Origin: Eledone cirrhosa
Lineage: Eukaryota
DNA: 64,000 bases
NCBI GenBank assembly: GCA_964016885.1
Contig: OZ024750.1
Coordinates: 6,882,001 to 6,946,000, forward strand
Reading direction: 5' to 3'
Shown: positions 1-11,900 of the stretch, piece by piece
Numbering within the stretch: the stretch's first letter is position 1
How the letters are laid out: every line of letters starts with the position of its first letter
Program-made: the position numbers and the translations under genes
Notes under the pieces: generated by a model
What the model was told of the DNA's origin: nothing
What the model saw: only the letters and a program-made list of their open reading frames with translations
Databases searched by the model: none

Positions 1-63
1 TATATATTCTCTCAACTTGATGCTCACATTGTATCCTATTCCAGATATATAGTTCTTCTTCTT
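1..63 (-). other. Possible exon of a minus-strand gene running off the window edge
   Basis: Good acceptor (ttctctcacag|) at 64-74 on minus; two frames stay open to the edge (KKKNYISGIGYNVSIKLREYI / EEELYIWNRIQCEHQVERI). No recognised homology. Confidence 0.25.
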
Positions 64-83
64 CTGTGAGAGAAAGTACTAAA

Positions 84-695
84 CACACGCGTATATACAT
101 ACACACACACACACACACACATGTATACACACGTACACACACACACACACATGTATACACACGTACACACACACACACATGTATACACACGTACACACAC
201 ATGTACATACACTCGTACACACACACACACATGTATACACACGTACACACACACACACACATGTACACACACTCGTACACACACATGTACACACACACAT
301 GTACACACACTCGTACACACACATGTACACACACAATCACGTTCACACACACACACACACACACATATGTGTACACACACATGTACACTCACACGTACAC
401 ATACGCACACGTACACACACACACGTTAACACGTACACACATATACACACACATACATGTATGCACAACACATGTACGTACACACATACGTATACACACA
501 CAACACACCTACGTACACACATACGTGCTCATATACACACACACACAACACATACGTACCCACATACGTACCCACACGCACAACACACGTACGTACACAC
601 ATACGTACTCATATACACACACACACATCTACATGCACACGTACGTACACACACGTACACACACACACAGATATATTAGTGTAGAAACACACACA
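84..695. repeat. (CA)n/(TACACAC) compound microsatellite
   Basis: Direct inspection; source of the HT/CV ORFs. Confidence 0.95.
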
Positions 696-706
696 TTCAG
701 CCTTAC

Positions 707-861
707 ACCAACCAGTTCTGTCTTATATTCTGTCTCAGAGAAACCCGCTCAATAGAAAGTTTCAAGTTTGTGTTGTATTTGTTAAATATTAAGGCCTGGA
801 TATTGAGGCCCTGGCTTGGCTGTGTCTTAATGACCCAATAAGGGGCTGGTGATGATGAGGG
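707..861 (-). other. Possible minus-strand exon
   Basis: Island of complex sequence between two microsatellites; open frame PSSSPAPYWVIKTQPSQGLNIQALIFNKYNTNLKLSIERVSLRQNIRQNWL with tag acceptor and GTAAGG/GTTGGT donor candidates. Confidence 0.25.
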
Positions 862-865
862 CTAG

Positions 866-1445
866 ATTGATGGTGGTGGGGGTTATAGTGGTGGTGATGG
901 TGGGGGTTATAGTGGTGATGGTGGTGATGGTGAGGGTTATAGTGGTGGTGGTGATGGTGATGGTTATAGTGGTGGTGGTGATGGTGATGGTTATAGTGGT
1001 GGTGGTGATGGTTATAGTGGTGATGGTGATGGTGATGGTTAGAATGAGGATAGGGGTAATTACAGTGACGATAATGAGGGTCAGTGATGATAATGGTGAT
1101 TAGGGTGATTGTGATGGTTATAGTGATGGTGATGGGGGTGATGGTTATAGTGATGGTGATGGGTGTGATGGTTATAGTGATGATGATGGTTATAGTGGTG
1201 GTGATGGTGATGGGGCTTATGGTGATGGTGATGGGGGTGATGGTGATGGTTATAGTGATGGTGATGGGGGTTATAGTGATGGTGATGATGGTTATAGTGT
1301 TGGTGATGATGGTTATAGTGTTGGTGATGATGGTTATAGTGTTGGTGATGATGGTGATGGTCAGTGAGGATAATGGTGACTAGAATGATGATAGTGATTG
1401 CTAAAATGATGAGAGTGATGATGACAACGATGATGATGATGATAA
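866..1445. repeat. (GGT/GAT)n trinucleotide low-complexity repeat
   Basis: Direct inspection. Confidence 0.95.
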
Positions 1446-1567
1446 CCGCAATTATTCACAAGGACAATAAAAACGAAAATAAAAATTCTAGAAACAACAA
1501 AATTGAGCATCAATAAGGAGGGAGTTGTAACATAAGAGGATTTCATTAATATTACTGTTAACACTAA

Positions 1568-1650
<83 letters not shown>

Positions 1651-1685
1651 TATAAGTATTAATAAAATAGATGTTCTTTTGATCA

Positions 1686-1749
1686 ATTACATTTTATTAT
1701 ACATATTTCGGAGGTACAAACAGTACGTCCTCATCAGACAAAATATAAT
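1686..1749 (-). ncRNA. Type I hammerhead ribozyme (inverted copy)
   Basis: Minus strand: AUUAUAUUUUGU-CUGAUGA-GGACGUAC UGUUU GUACCUCC-GAAA-UAUGUAUA-AUAAAAUGUAAU. Confidence 0.8.
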
Positions 1750-1841
1750 GATACATGACATACCCTGAGGTGTTAAATGGTTAAGATTTAATCAAGGTAG
1801 TAAATCTTAACCATTTAACATCTCAGGGTATGTCATGTATC

Positions 1842-1904
1842 ATTATATTTTGTCTGATGAGGACGTACTGTTGTACATCCGAAATATGTATAATAAAATG
1901 TAAT
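1842..1904 (+). ncRNA. Type I hammerhead ribozyme
   Basis: CUGAUGA 1854-1860; stem II GGACGUAC/GUACAUCC; GAAA 1881-1884; short self-complementary stem III AUAUGUAU; AUA cleavage triplet (cut after 1892); 12-bp stem I 1842-1853/1893-1904. Confidence 0.85.
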
Positions 1905-2041
1905 TGATCAAAACAACATCTATTTTATTAATACTTATATTTTAATATTAATAACTCCTGAAAATTATTTTTTCCGTTGAGTGCTTCCAATCTACTGTAA
2001 AACTCATTCTTTGACATAATCATTGAATATTGTTTAACAAC

Positions 2042-2107
<66 letters not shown>

Positions 2108-2111
<4 letters not shown>

Positions 2112-2385
2112 GAGGTTATATTTAATTTGTTGGGCTTCAACAAGCTTAAACATTTTTATAACTGATATAAAGCACTCAACAGATATAAATGTACTATCTC
2201 CACTATCCACGAAGCTCCAACCGTTAAGGTTGTCTTTTTTTTCCGGGTATGTCCATATTTATTTATAAAACAAATCTGTATTTTATCTGATGAAAGCGCA
2301 CCATAACTTGCCTTGGTGACCCTTGAAATATGTATAATAAAATAAATAGGGTTTTATAAATATAGTTTCCATTTATTAATATATT
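2108..2385 (+). mobile_element. Penelope-like short element (family B) carrying a hammerhead
   Basis: Homologous to reverse-strand copy at 24254-24436; flanked by (TA)n. Confidence 0.7.
2279..2344 (+). ncRNA. Type I hammerhead ribozyme
   Basis: UAUUUUAU-CUGAUGA-AAG..CACCA(loop)UGGUG..CUU-GAAA-UAUGUAUA-AUAAAAUA; perfect 8-bp stem I. Confidence 0.8.
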
Positions 2386-2386
2386 G

Positions 2387-2417
<31 letters not shown>

Positions 2418-2489
2418 GTATGTGTGTGTGTATGTATGTATATATATATATATATATGTATGTGTGTATGTATGTATGTGTGCGTGTGT

Positions 2490-2648
2490 GAAAATGTTCA
2501 AGACCCCGACGGCAGAGCTCAAGCCATTTCGACTGCTATTTCTGGACGGGGTCTTGAACATTTTCCTATTACCCACTCTACTACCCCAAGTATTGAGTAC
2601 TCTGGTGCATTATGGTCCACCTGGTTCCTTACCACACTTCCTTCGTTT
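2490..2648. mobile_element. Penelope-like fragment (family C) with 19-bp inverted repeat
   Basis: gaaaatgttcaagaccccg (2490-2508) / cggggtcttgaacattttc (2547-2565); homologous to 9801-9981. Confidence 0.6.
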
Positions 2649-2739
2649 TATATATATATATATATATATATTGTGTTATATATTTATATTTCGTGTTTAT
2701 GTATATGTGTGTATATATATATATATATTTAGTATTCCA

Positions 2740-2772
2740 ATATAATATTCTTATGTTATATAATATATCGTG

Positions 2773-2804
<32 letters not shown>

Positions 2805-3217
2805 TATATTTATATAATATATATATATAGTATATATATTATATATATAGTATATATATATTATATATATAGTATATATATATTATATATATAGTATATA
2901 TATAGTATATATATATTATATATATAGTATATATATATTATATATATAGTATATATATATTATATATATAATATATATATATTATATATATAATATATAT
3001 ATATTATATATATAATATATATATATTATATATATATATTATATATATAATATATATATATTATATATATAATATATATATATAATATATATAATATATA
3101 TATATTATATATATATATAATATATATAATATATATATATAATATATATAGTATATATATATTATATATATAATATATATATAATATATATATATATATA
3201 ATATATATATATATATT

Positions 3218-3262
<45 letters not shown>

Positions 3263-3611
3263 ATATATATAATATATATATATTATATATATAATATATA
3301 TATATTATATATATTATATATATATATAATATATATATATTATATATATTATATATATATATTATATATATAATATATATATATTATATATATAATATAT
3401 ATTATATATATAATATATATATATAGTATATATATATAATATATAATATATATATATATATTATATACACATGTATATATATATATATATATATACACTA
3501 CAATTTCTTATCTAATTAAACAAAGGCTTACAAAATAAATATATAAGTGATGTCATCATGTCCCAGACATGAAAGAAAATAGGAAAATATATAAGGTCTG
3601 TCTGTCTGTCA

Positions 3612-3663
<52 letters not shown>

Positions 3664-3702
3664 GCTTTCATGTGTGCACACACATGTACATGTATACATA
3701 AA

Positions 3703-3750
<48 letters not shown>

Positions 3751-3946
3751 TATATGTACCCTTATATATATATATACACTCATACATGCATGCATATATG
3801 TATATATATACACACATTCATACATGCATGCATATATGTATATATACACGCATGCATGCATATATACACATATACATGCATGCATATATGTGTGTGTGTG
3901 TTTGTGTGTTTATATATATATATACACACATATATGCATGCATGTA

Positions 3947-3987
<41 letters not shown>

Positions 3988-4190
3988 GCATGTATGTGTG
4001 TGTATATATATATATATATACACACACACACATATGCATGCATATATGTATATATATATACATACATACACACACACGCCTGTGTGTGTGTGTGTCTATA
4101 CATGCACACGCACACACACACGTTTGTGTATGTGTGTATACATACATGCATATACACACAGGTTCGTATGTGTGTATACACACACATACG
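2740..4190. repeat. Large (TA)n / (TA)n(CA)n microsatellite fields
   Basis: Direct inspection. Confidence 0.95.
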
Positions 4191-4324
4191 TTTGAGTATC
4201 TGTGTATCAGATACTTCCATTTTATTCTATTTCCGTTACAGTAAATCTTGTCATAGCTCTAACTCCTTTATTTAGTATTGAGCACTCCCATTGAAAAAAA
4301 TTATTTGTTTTTAAATGAATTAAG

Positions 4325-5010
4325 GTGTGTATATATGTGTGTATATTTACACAGATGTTTATAGTGAAGTATATATTTGTATATTTACACAGATGTGTAC
4401 AGTAAAGTAAATGTGTGTATATTTACACAGATATGTACGGTAGAGTAAATGTGTGTATATTTACACAGATATGTACAGTAGAGTAAATGTGTGCATATTT
4501 ACACAGAGATGTGTACAGCAAAGTAAATGTGTGTATATTTATAGATGTGTACAGTGAAGTAGATGTTTGTATATTTACACAGAGGTGTGTACAGTGAAGT
4601 ATATATTTGTATATTTACACAGATGTGTACAATGAAGTAAATGTGTGTATATTTACACAGATATGTACAGTAAAGTATATTTACACAGATATGTACAGTA
4701 AAGTATATTTACACAGATATGTACAGTAAAGTATATTTACAGAGATGTGTACAGTGAAGTAGATGTGTGTATATTTAAACAGATGTGTACAGTGAAATAT
4801 ATGTGTGTATATTTACACAGATGTGTACAGCGAAATATATGTGTGTATATTTACACAGATGTGTACAGTGAAATATATGTGTGTATATTTACACAGATGT
4901 GTACAGTGAAATATATGTGTATATTTACACAGATATGTACAGTGAAATATATATGTGTATATTTACACAGAGATATGTACAGTGAAATATGTGTGTATAT
5001 TTACACACAC
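4325..5010. repeat. Degenerate ~36-38-bp minisatellite (gtgtatatttacacagatgtgtacagtgaaatatat)
   Basis: About 19 imperfect copies. Confidence 0.9.
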
Positions 5011-5124
5011 ATACTTTGAATTCATCTTACTCATTGAAATTTTAAACAACTCCAGTTAGACAGAATTTTAAATTGCATTGCTTCTGTATGTATGTGTGTA
5101 TGTGTGTGTGTGTGTATATATATG

Positions 5125-5181
<57 letters not shown>

Positions 5182-5247
5182 AGGTAAACAAAGGAAATGT
5201 AGAATGAGACGTATAGGGTGTAGAGGAACGTAGGAAAGAGTGTAAAA

Positions 5248-5428
5248 ATAATTGTTTCTACTTTTGGCACAAGGCCAGCAATTATCCCAGTACATTACTG
5301 GTACTTTATTTTATCGACTCCGTAAGGATGAAAGACAAAGTTAATCTCGGCGGGATTAAAGGGCCGTAACTCTTTTCTGCAAAGCATGGCGTCTGACCCT
5401 CTACCGATACTGCCAATCCACCGCCTAA
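5248..5428 (-). mobile_element. tRNA-derived SINE family 1
   Basis: Reverse complement of the family at 7350-7545 and 10122-10308. Confidence 0.85.
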
Positions 5429-5429
5429 A

Positions 5430-5579
5430 GAGTGTAAAAATAATATCACAAGATAGTTACTTTGGAAGTGATTTAATTGTCCCTATATTTCGGATTTCGC
5501 ATCCATCAACTGGGGCTTTTCCGAGGGGGAAAGTTTTTAGTTGGAGAGGGACAACACATGGCCTCTGTTGTCTATCGTG

Positions 5580-5624
<45 letters not shown>

Positions 5625-6090
5625 ATACACATATATCTCTCTCTCTCTTTCGTCTGCGACTTCACAAAACTTATGTTTACCGAATTCGTAGACCAGACCC
5701 CTTCTTCTTCTTCTTCTTCTTCTTCTTCTTCTTCTTCTTCTTTTTCTCCCCCCCCCCCCCCGTTAGACCTGTGCGAAATTCCTTCCTTTCTCACATTTCA
5801 ACCAGGTTTGATGGTCTTTTGTCTCTTGTTCACGATTTCACCGAGTTTATATTCATAGAGATCTGGGACTTGTCTATTTCTTCTCACTTTCCGTTGCTTA
5901 AACCATTTTGTTTGTTTACCCTAACGTCCCCTTTATTTACGTGTCCCAACGACTTTTTTTAGCCGTTGTTCGCACCAACCTGAGGCATATGGCCCTTAAA
6001 GCGATGAAATGCCTGGGACGGTTGGAGGGTCACTGATGAAGGACTTACTTTTTCATATGCACCACCATTTGCAACGCGCAGCCATCATTA
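5430..6090 (-). promoter_or_regulatory. CpG-enriched unique region with a possible first exon (donor GTAAGT at 6048-6043 on minus)
   Basis: Higher CpG density than the surroundings; minus strand reads ...ATGGTGGTGCATATGAAAAA|GTAAGT. Confidence 0.3.
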
Positions 6091-6092
6091 TT

Positions 6093-6127
<35 letters not shown>

Positions 6128-6169
6128 TCACACACACAAACAGACAGACAGACAAAGAGAGAGACAGAC

Positions 6170-6212
<43 letters not shown>

Positions 6213-6964
6213 TGTGAAGTTTCATGTTAGTTTATCAGAGTAGGTTTCAATAAATGCCTGTCTTTGATTATTGGGAGTCTCTATCTTGATATCAATAGGT
6301 CTTACTTGAAGAAGAAGAAAAACAAGGAAAGTTAAAAAGACTGCTCATCTTAAAAACCAAACCAAATAAAATAAAATAAAGATTTGTGTGAAAAGTTTTA
6401 ACTTGCAAGTTTCTTGCCATTTTGTGTGAATATATTGACTGAAACCCGAATATGTTAAAAATGTCTTCTGTATTAGAAGAAGGTTAATTAAACATTTTAA
6501 GTGTTTTAAAAGTCAAGAAAGGGTGAGGGGATAGAAAGGGGATATAGAGAGGGTGAGAGAGAGAGAAGAGTGAGGGATAGAGAGAGAGATGAGATAGAGA
6601 GAGGGAGCAAGGGAGAGAGAGAAAGATGGGTGAGAGAGAGAGGGAGCAAGGGAGATAGAGAGAGATGGGAGAGAGAGGTGAGAGAGAAAAGACAATATAA
6701 ATAGCCATCATTGAAGTGTTTTCACATTTTGTCTATTAGTATTATTATCATTATTATCGAGGATAACTTTGCCTTTCAACCTTACAGGGTCGATAAAATA
6801 AAGTACCAGTAATACACTGGGTAATTGCTGGCCTTGTGCCAAAAGTAGAAACAATTATTATTCTAATAGAATAGTTTTTAATTGAACTGAAAAAGGCTGA
6901 TTTCTTCTTATGACCATAACAATAATAATGATAATAATAATATCGATTTCTATATATATATATA

Positions 6965-7164
6965 TAAAAGTTTATCTCGGGTTCAATCGGATTCAATCGG
7001 GGGTAACCACAGTAAGTAAGGTACTCAATACAAAGCAGAGTATAAATATTTAATATAGAAATGCTTCTACAGGACTAGAACTGTTTCATTCGGGAGAAAT
7101 CATCAGTGCTTCCTGATGATTTCTCCCGAATGAAACAGTTCTAGTCCTGTAGAAGCATTTCTAT
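6965..7164. mobile_element. Penelope-like fragment (family D) with perfect 52-bp-arm palindrome (7055-7164) containing a variant hammerhead core
   Basis: Arms 7055-7106 / 7113-7164; CUGAUGA-U-UUC UCCC GAA-U-GAAA-CAGUUC; a second partial copy lies at 34146-34200. Confidence 0.65.
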
Positions 7165-7349
7165 CATCATCATCATCATCATCATTTTACGTCTGCTTTT
7201 CCCTGCTTTATATATATATATATATATATACTGTATATATATATATATATATATATACTGTATATATATATATATACTGTATATAATATCATATTTGTTT
7301 ATCTTTTTACTATTGTTTCATGTATTTATTTTATTTTAACTTTCCTATA

Positions 7350-7548
7350 AGGGTGGTGGATTGGCAGTATCGGTAGAGCATCGGACACCATGCTTTGCAG
7401 CATAGTTATGGCCCTTTATGTTCTGAGTCCAAATCCTGCCGAGGTTAACTTTGCATTTCATCCTTAGGGGGGCGATAAAATAAAGTACCAGTAATACACT
7501 GGGATAATTGCTGGCCTTGTGCCAAAAGTAGAAACAATTATTATTATT
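7350..7548 (+). mobile_element. tRNA-derived SINE family 1
   Basis: A-box-like TGGCAGTATCGG, B-box-like GAGTCCAAATCC, body ..TTTCATCCTT..GG.CGATAAAATAAAGTACCAGT, (TTA)n tail. Confidence 0.9.
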
Positions 7549-7624
7549 GTTGTTATCATAAGAAGAAGAAAAGGAAGAAATTATGTGTTTTTCAGTTGCA
7601 CGGTCTTCTGAAATTAGTTTACTA

Positions 7625-8212
7625 TGTCCTATTCAGCACAGCATCTCTCCACTTGTCACGGTCCTTTGTCATCTCCTCCGTGAGCTTCAGTGATCTGAGG
7701 TCTGCTCTTACCACCTCCGCCCATGTTTTTTTTGTGGTCTTCCTCTACTGTGACTTCCTTCTACTGGGATTTCTTGGCACTTCTTTACCCAGCAGTCATC
7801 CTCCATGTGCATCACATGTCCATACCATCGCAGTCGTCTCTCCCGCACACTACAACTTATCCCTCTTATACACAGTTTCTCTCTCAACTCATCCATGCTT
7901 GGTCATTCACGTACATTAACATTGCACATCCAACGGAGCATGCTTGCTTCATTTCTCTCCAGCCGTCGCATATCCTCTGCAGTTGCTGCCCATGTCTCAC
8001 TGCCATGCAGCATCGCGCATCTCACACAGGCATCATATAACCAGCCTTCGTATGCAGGGAGAAACCCATCTTTGTCAACAGAGGAAGCAGCTTCCTAAAC
8101 TTCTTCCAACCCATCCTTATTCTAGATACTATGGCCTCGGAACATCCCCCTCCCATGCTAATCTGATCACCTTGGTACTGGAAGCTATCAACCACTTCTA
8201 TAGAACCCACTT
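7625..8212 (-). mobile_element. RTE-clade LINE 3' fragment (degraded)
   Basis: Translations IEVVDSFQYQGD..SRIRMGWKKFRKLLPLL and VRERRLRWYGHVMHMEDDCWVKKC..GSHSRGRP. Confidence 0.9.
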
Positions 8213-8769
8213 GCATTTGATATTATTTATTTTGAGAACAATACCTTAACATAAGTATGAGTGGCTGATTTGAACAGAAAGAGGTGAGAGAATTCTGGCT
8301 GGATTCGGCCGGTTTAAATGCTAAAGACTTTAAAACAATTTTGTGTTGTAGAAGCAGGGGTGGGTTCAGGTGGGTCCACATTAAATGGGTTAACGAGATC
8401 TCTGTTATAATTTTACCTCCCTATAATAATTAACCCTATTATAGTTAACCCTTTCTTATATCTCGGACAATACCCAGGTATTCTGTATTAACTCACTCTC
8501 TCGTTCTCTCTCTTTCTCTCACTTTCTCACCCATTCTCTTTCTTTCTCTCACTTTCTCACCCATTCTCTCTCTCTCTACATACATACATACATACATACA
8601 TACATACATACATACATACATACATACATACATACATTTCCCTACCTCTAATTGTACACACACATGTGTAAATCTAACATTATTCAAGTTTTGAAAGCAT
8701 CAGTGAATAAGAATACATATATGTATGTATATGTGTATGGCGCTGAGTGCATGTGTATATGTATGCATG

Positions 8770-8802
<33 letters not shown>

Positions 8803-8949
8803 CATCGTTTTGCATCCATTCTCCCAATGTTGCATGCTTTAGTTGATTCCTCACCATCACACCTTCATCTTGTTTGTTGTACAATCCTTCTCTTGTCATC
8901 TCCTTTTCAGATTAGATTAGACTTCACAACTTCTTTCTAAGTCTTCCTC

Positions 8950-9090
8950 AATCCTCTCCCTTACCTTTCTATATCCTCTCCCTTACCTTTCTATATCCTA
9001 TCCCTTACCTTCCTCAATCCTCTCTCTTACCTTCCTCAATCCTCTCCCTTACCTTTCTATATCCTCTCCCTTACCTTTCTATATCCTCCA
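8950..9090. repeat. ~22-bp tandem repeat (atcctctcccttacctttctat) inside a degenerate RTE fragment (~8800-9745, minus)
   Basis: About 6 copies. Confidence 0.75.
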
Positions 9091-9800
9091 TTCCACATGG
9101 ATCATTTGCCATTTCTTTATCCAACTTGTCATCCGTCGTATTCATCATCAGATATATCGCAACAGAACAGACTTCTCTCTTACACAACACATCACATCTC
9201 CCTCTCTCGCTCTCTCTAGCTCTCTCTAGCTCTCTCTCTGTCTCCCTCTCTCTCTCTAGCTCTCTCTAGCTCTCTCTCTGTCTCCCTCTCTCTCTCTAGC
9301 TCTCTAGCTCTCTCTCTCTCTCTAGCTCTCTAGCTCTCTCTCTCTAGCTCTCTCTCTCTAGCTCTCTCTCTCTAGCTCTCTCTCTCTAGCTCTCTCTCTC
9401 TGCCTACTTACATCCCTATCTCTCTCTCTCTCTCTCCAGGCTTTTCTCTATGTCGGTTTATTTGTTCTTTCTCATTCATGCAGACTAACATTATATATCT
9501 AGCTAAGCATGATCACCTCATTCCTTCCCAGCTTCCATAACACCCCCCCCCCCCCCCCCCCCGCCGCCATTCCTTCCCACCCTCCCCACACCCCATCGTC
9601 ATCATTCAATGGCCAGCTTTTGCTGCCATGAAATATCAAACTTTGCATTCAGCCATCATACAACGAGCTGTTCACATGGCGAGAGCATCCCTTTGTTGCT
9701 AACACTGTTTAAAAAACCTCTGAATCTCTCCACCTCCATCTTCACTTATGTATGCATGTAGATATGTATGATGAACATATATATATATATATATATATAT

Positions 9801-9976
9801 AACGAAGGAAATGTGGTAAGGAACCAGGTGGACCATAACGCACCAAAGTACTCAATACTTGAGGTAGTAGAGTGGGTAATAGGAACCAGTAAGACCCCGA
9901 CAGCTGAGCTCAAGCCGTTTCGACGGCTAATTCTCGTCGAAACGGCTTGAGCTCAGCTGTCGGGGTCTTACTGGTT

Positions 9977-9981
<5 letters not shown>
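9801..9981. mobile_element. Penelope-like fragment (family C) with perfect 47-bp-arm palindrome (9879-9981)
   Basis: Arms 9879-9925 / 9935-9981; axis is a GACG-loop-CGUC hairpin followed by GAAA; (TA)n on both sides. Confidence 0.65.
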
Positions 9982-10015
<34 letters not shown>

Positions 10016-10121
10016 CTATGTATGTATATATATATATATATGTATGATGTATATATGTATATATATATATATATATATATGTATGGGTGTGTGTGTATGA
10101 TGTATGTTTGTGTGTCATTAT

Positions 10122-10308
10122 ATGGTGGATTGGCAGTATCGGTAAGGGTCGGACGCCATGCTTTGAAGCATAGAGTTACCTCCCTTTATGATCTGAGTTC
10201 AAATCCCGCCGAGGTTAACTTTGCCTTTCATCCTTACGGGGTCGATAAAATAAAGTACCAGTAATGCACTGGAATAATTGCTGGCCTTGTGCCTAAAGTA
10301 GAAACAAT
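10122..10308 (+). mobile_element. tRNA-derived SINE family 1
   Basis: Full head with GAGTTCAAATCCC B-box, plus body. Confidence 0.9.
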
Positions 10309-10398
10309 TATATATATGATGTATATACGTAGATATACATATATATGTGTATGTATGTAGATATACATATATATGTGTGTGTGTGTGTGTGTGTGTAG

Positions 10399-10448
<50 letters not shown>

Positions 10449-10630
10449 CTGTGTGTGTGGGTGTGTGTGTGTGTGTGATGTTAGCATGTGTGTATATAAT
10501 TATATGGGGGTACACAGGGTAGGCCAAGTGATTAAGAAATTCACTTCACAAATATGAAGTCCCAGTTTCAATTCCACAGCACGTCTTTTATCAAAACAAA
10601 CTGTTTCTGGCTGGATGCTCTTCCTAATGC

Positions 10631-11575
10631 CAACCACTTTACAGTGTGGACTGGGTGCTTTTTGTTGTGACACCTACACAACCACTTTACAGTGTGGACT
10701 GGGTGCTTTTTGTTGTGACACCTCCACAACCACTTTACAGTGTGGACTGGGTGCTTTTTGTTGTGACACCTCCACAACCACTTTACAGTGTGGACTGGGT
10801 GCTTTTTGTTGTGACACCTACACAACCACTTTACAGTGTGGACTGGGTGCTTTTTGTTGTGACACCTACACAACCACTTTACAGTGTGGACTGGGTGCTT
10901 TTTGTTGTGACACCTACACAACCACTTTACAGTGTGGACTGGGTGCTTTTTGTTGTGACACCTACACAACCACTTTACAGTGTGGACTAGGTGCTTTTTG
11001 TTGTGACACCTACACAACCACTTTACAGTGTGGACTGGGTGCTTTTTGTTGTGACACCTACACAACCACTTTACAGTGTGGACTGGGTGCTTTTTGTTGT
11101 GACACCTCCACAACCACTTTACAGTGTGGACTGGGTGCTTTTTGTTGTGACACCTACACAACCACTTTACAGTGTGGACTGGGTGCTTTTTGTTGTGACA
11201 CCTACACAACCACTTTACAGTGTGGACTGGGTGCTTTTTGTTGTGACACCTACACAACCACTTTACAGTGTGGACTAGGTGCTTTTTGTTGTGACACCTA
11301 CACAACCACTTTACAGTGTGGACTGGGTGCTTTTTGTTGTGACACCTACACAACCACTTTACAGTGTGGACTGGGTGCTTTTTGTTGTGACACCTACACA
11401 ACCACTTTACAGTGTGGACTGGGTGCTTTTTGTTGTGACACCTACACAACCACTTTACAGTGTGGACTGGGTGCTTTTTGTTGTGACACCTACACAACCA
11501 CTTTACAGTGTGGACTGGGTGCTTTTTGTTGTGACACCCACACAACCACTTTACAGTGTGGACTGGGCACTTTTT
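10631..11575. repeat. 48-bp minisatellite (~19.7 copies) derived from SINE family 3 body
   Basis: Unit caaccactttacagtgtggactgggtgctttttgttgtgacacctaca; preceded by SINE sequence ctggatgctcttcctaatgc. Confidence 0.95.
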
Positions 11576-11607
11576 GTATGTGTAATATATATATATATAT
11601 ATATACA

Positions 11608-11900
11608 GGGTAACAATATATCGTTAAAGGTAATCCGATAAGAGTTTGTGAAAACTACTTATGATGGATAGTTTAAGCGTACGGTGCTGTGTGACTCAAC
11701 AAGAGGTTTACGTGGGTGACGAGTAAATGACTTCACTTGTTTTCCTATGTAAGTATATCTTGGAGTAATAAAAAAGTGAAGAATAACATGGTCAACAGCA
11801 CAAACAAGGAGATTTATTTACAGTCTGACAATTGTTTCTATGATAGAGAAGTCTAAAAATTGCTAAACACTAAAGATAGTGAGGACCTGTTTATTCTTCA

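Larger units (their letters stand above)
1642..2044. mobile_element. Penelope-like/retrozyme-like element with ~149-bp fold-back inverted repeat (arms 1642-1790 and 1801-1948)
   Basis: Near-perfect palindrome with 10-nt spacer, each arm carrying a hammerhead; flanked by (TA)n on both sides. Confidence 0.75.

Noticed and set aside
6001-6040. Possible C/D box snoRNA (gcgatga...ctga)
   Set aside because: Box spacing too short, imperfect C box and no terminal stem.
10568-11613. 325-332-aa Cys/His-rich repeat ORFs
   Set aside because: A by-product of a 48-bp SINE-derived minisatellite.
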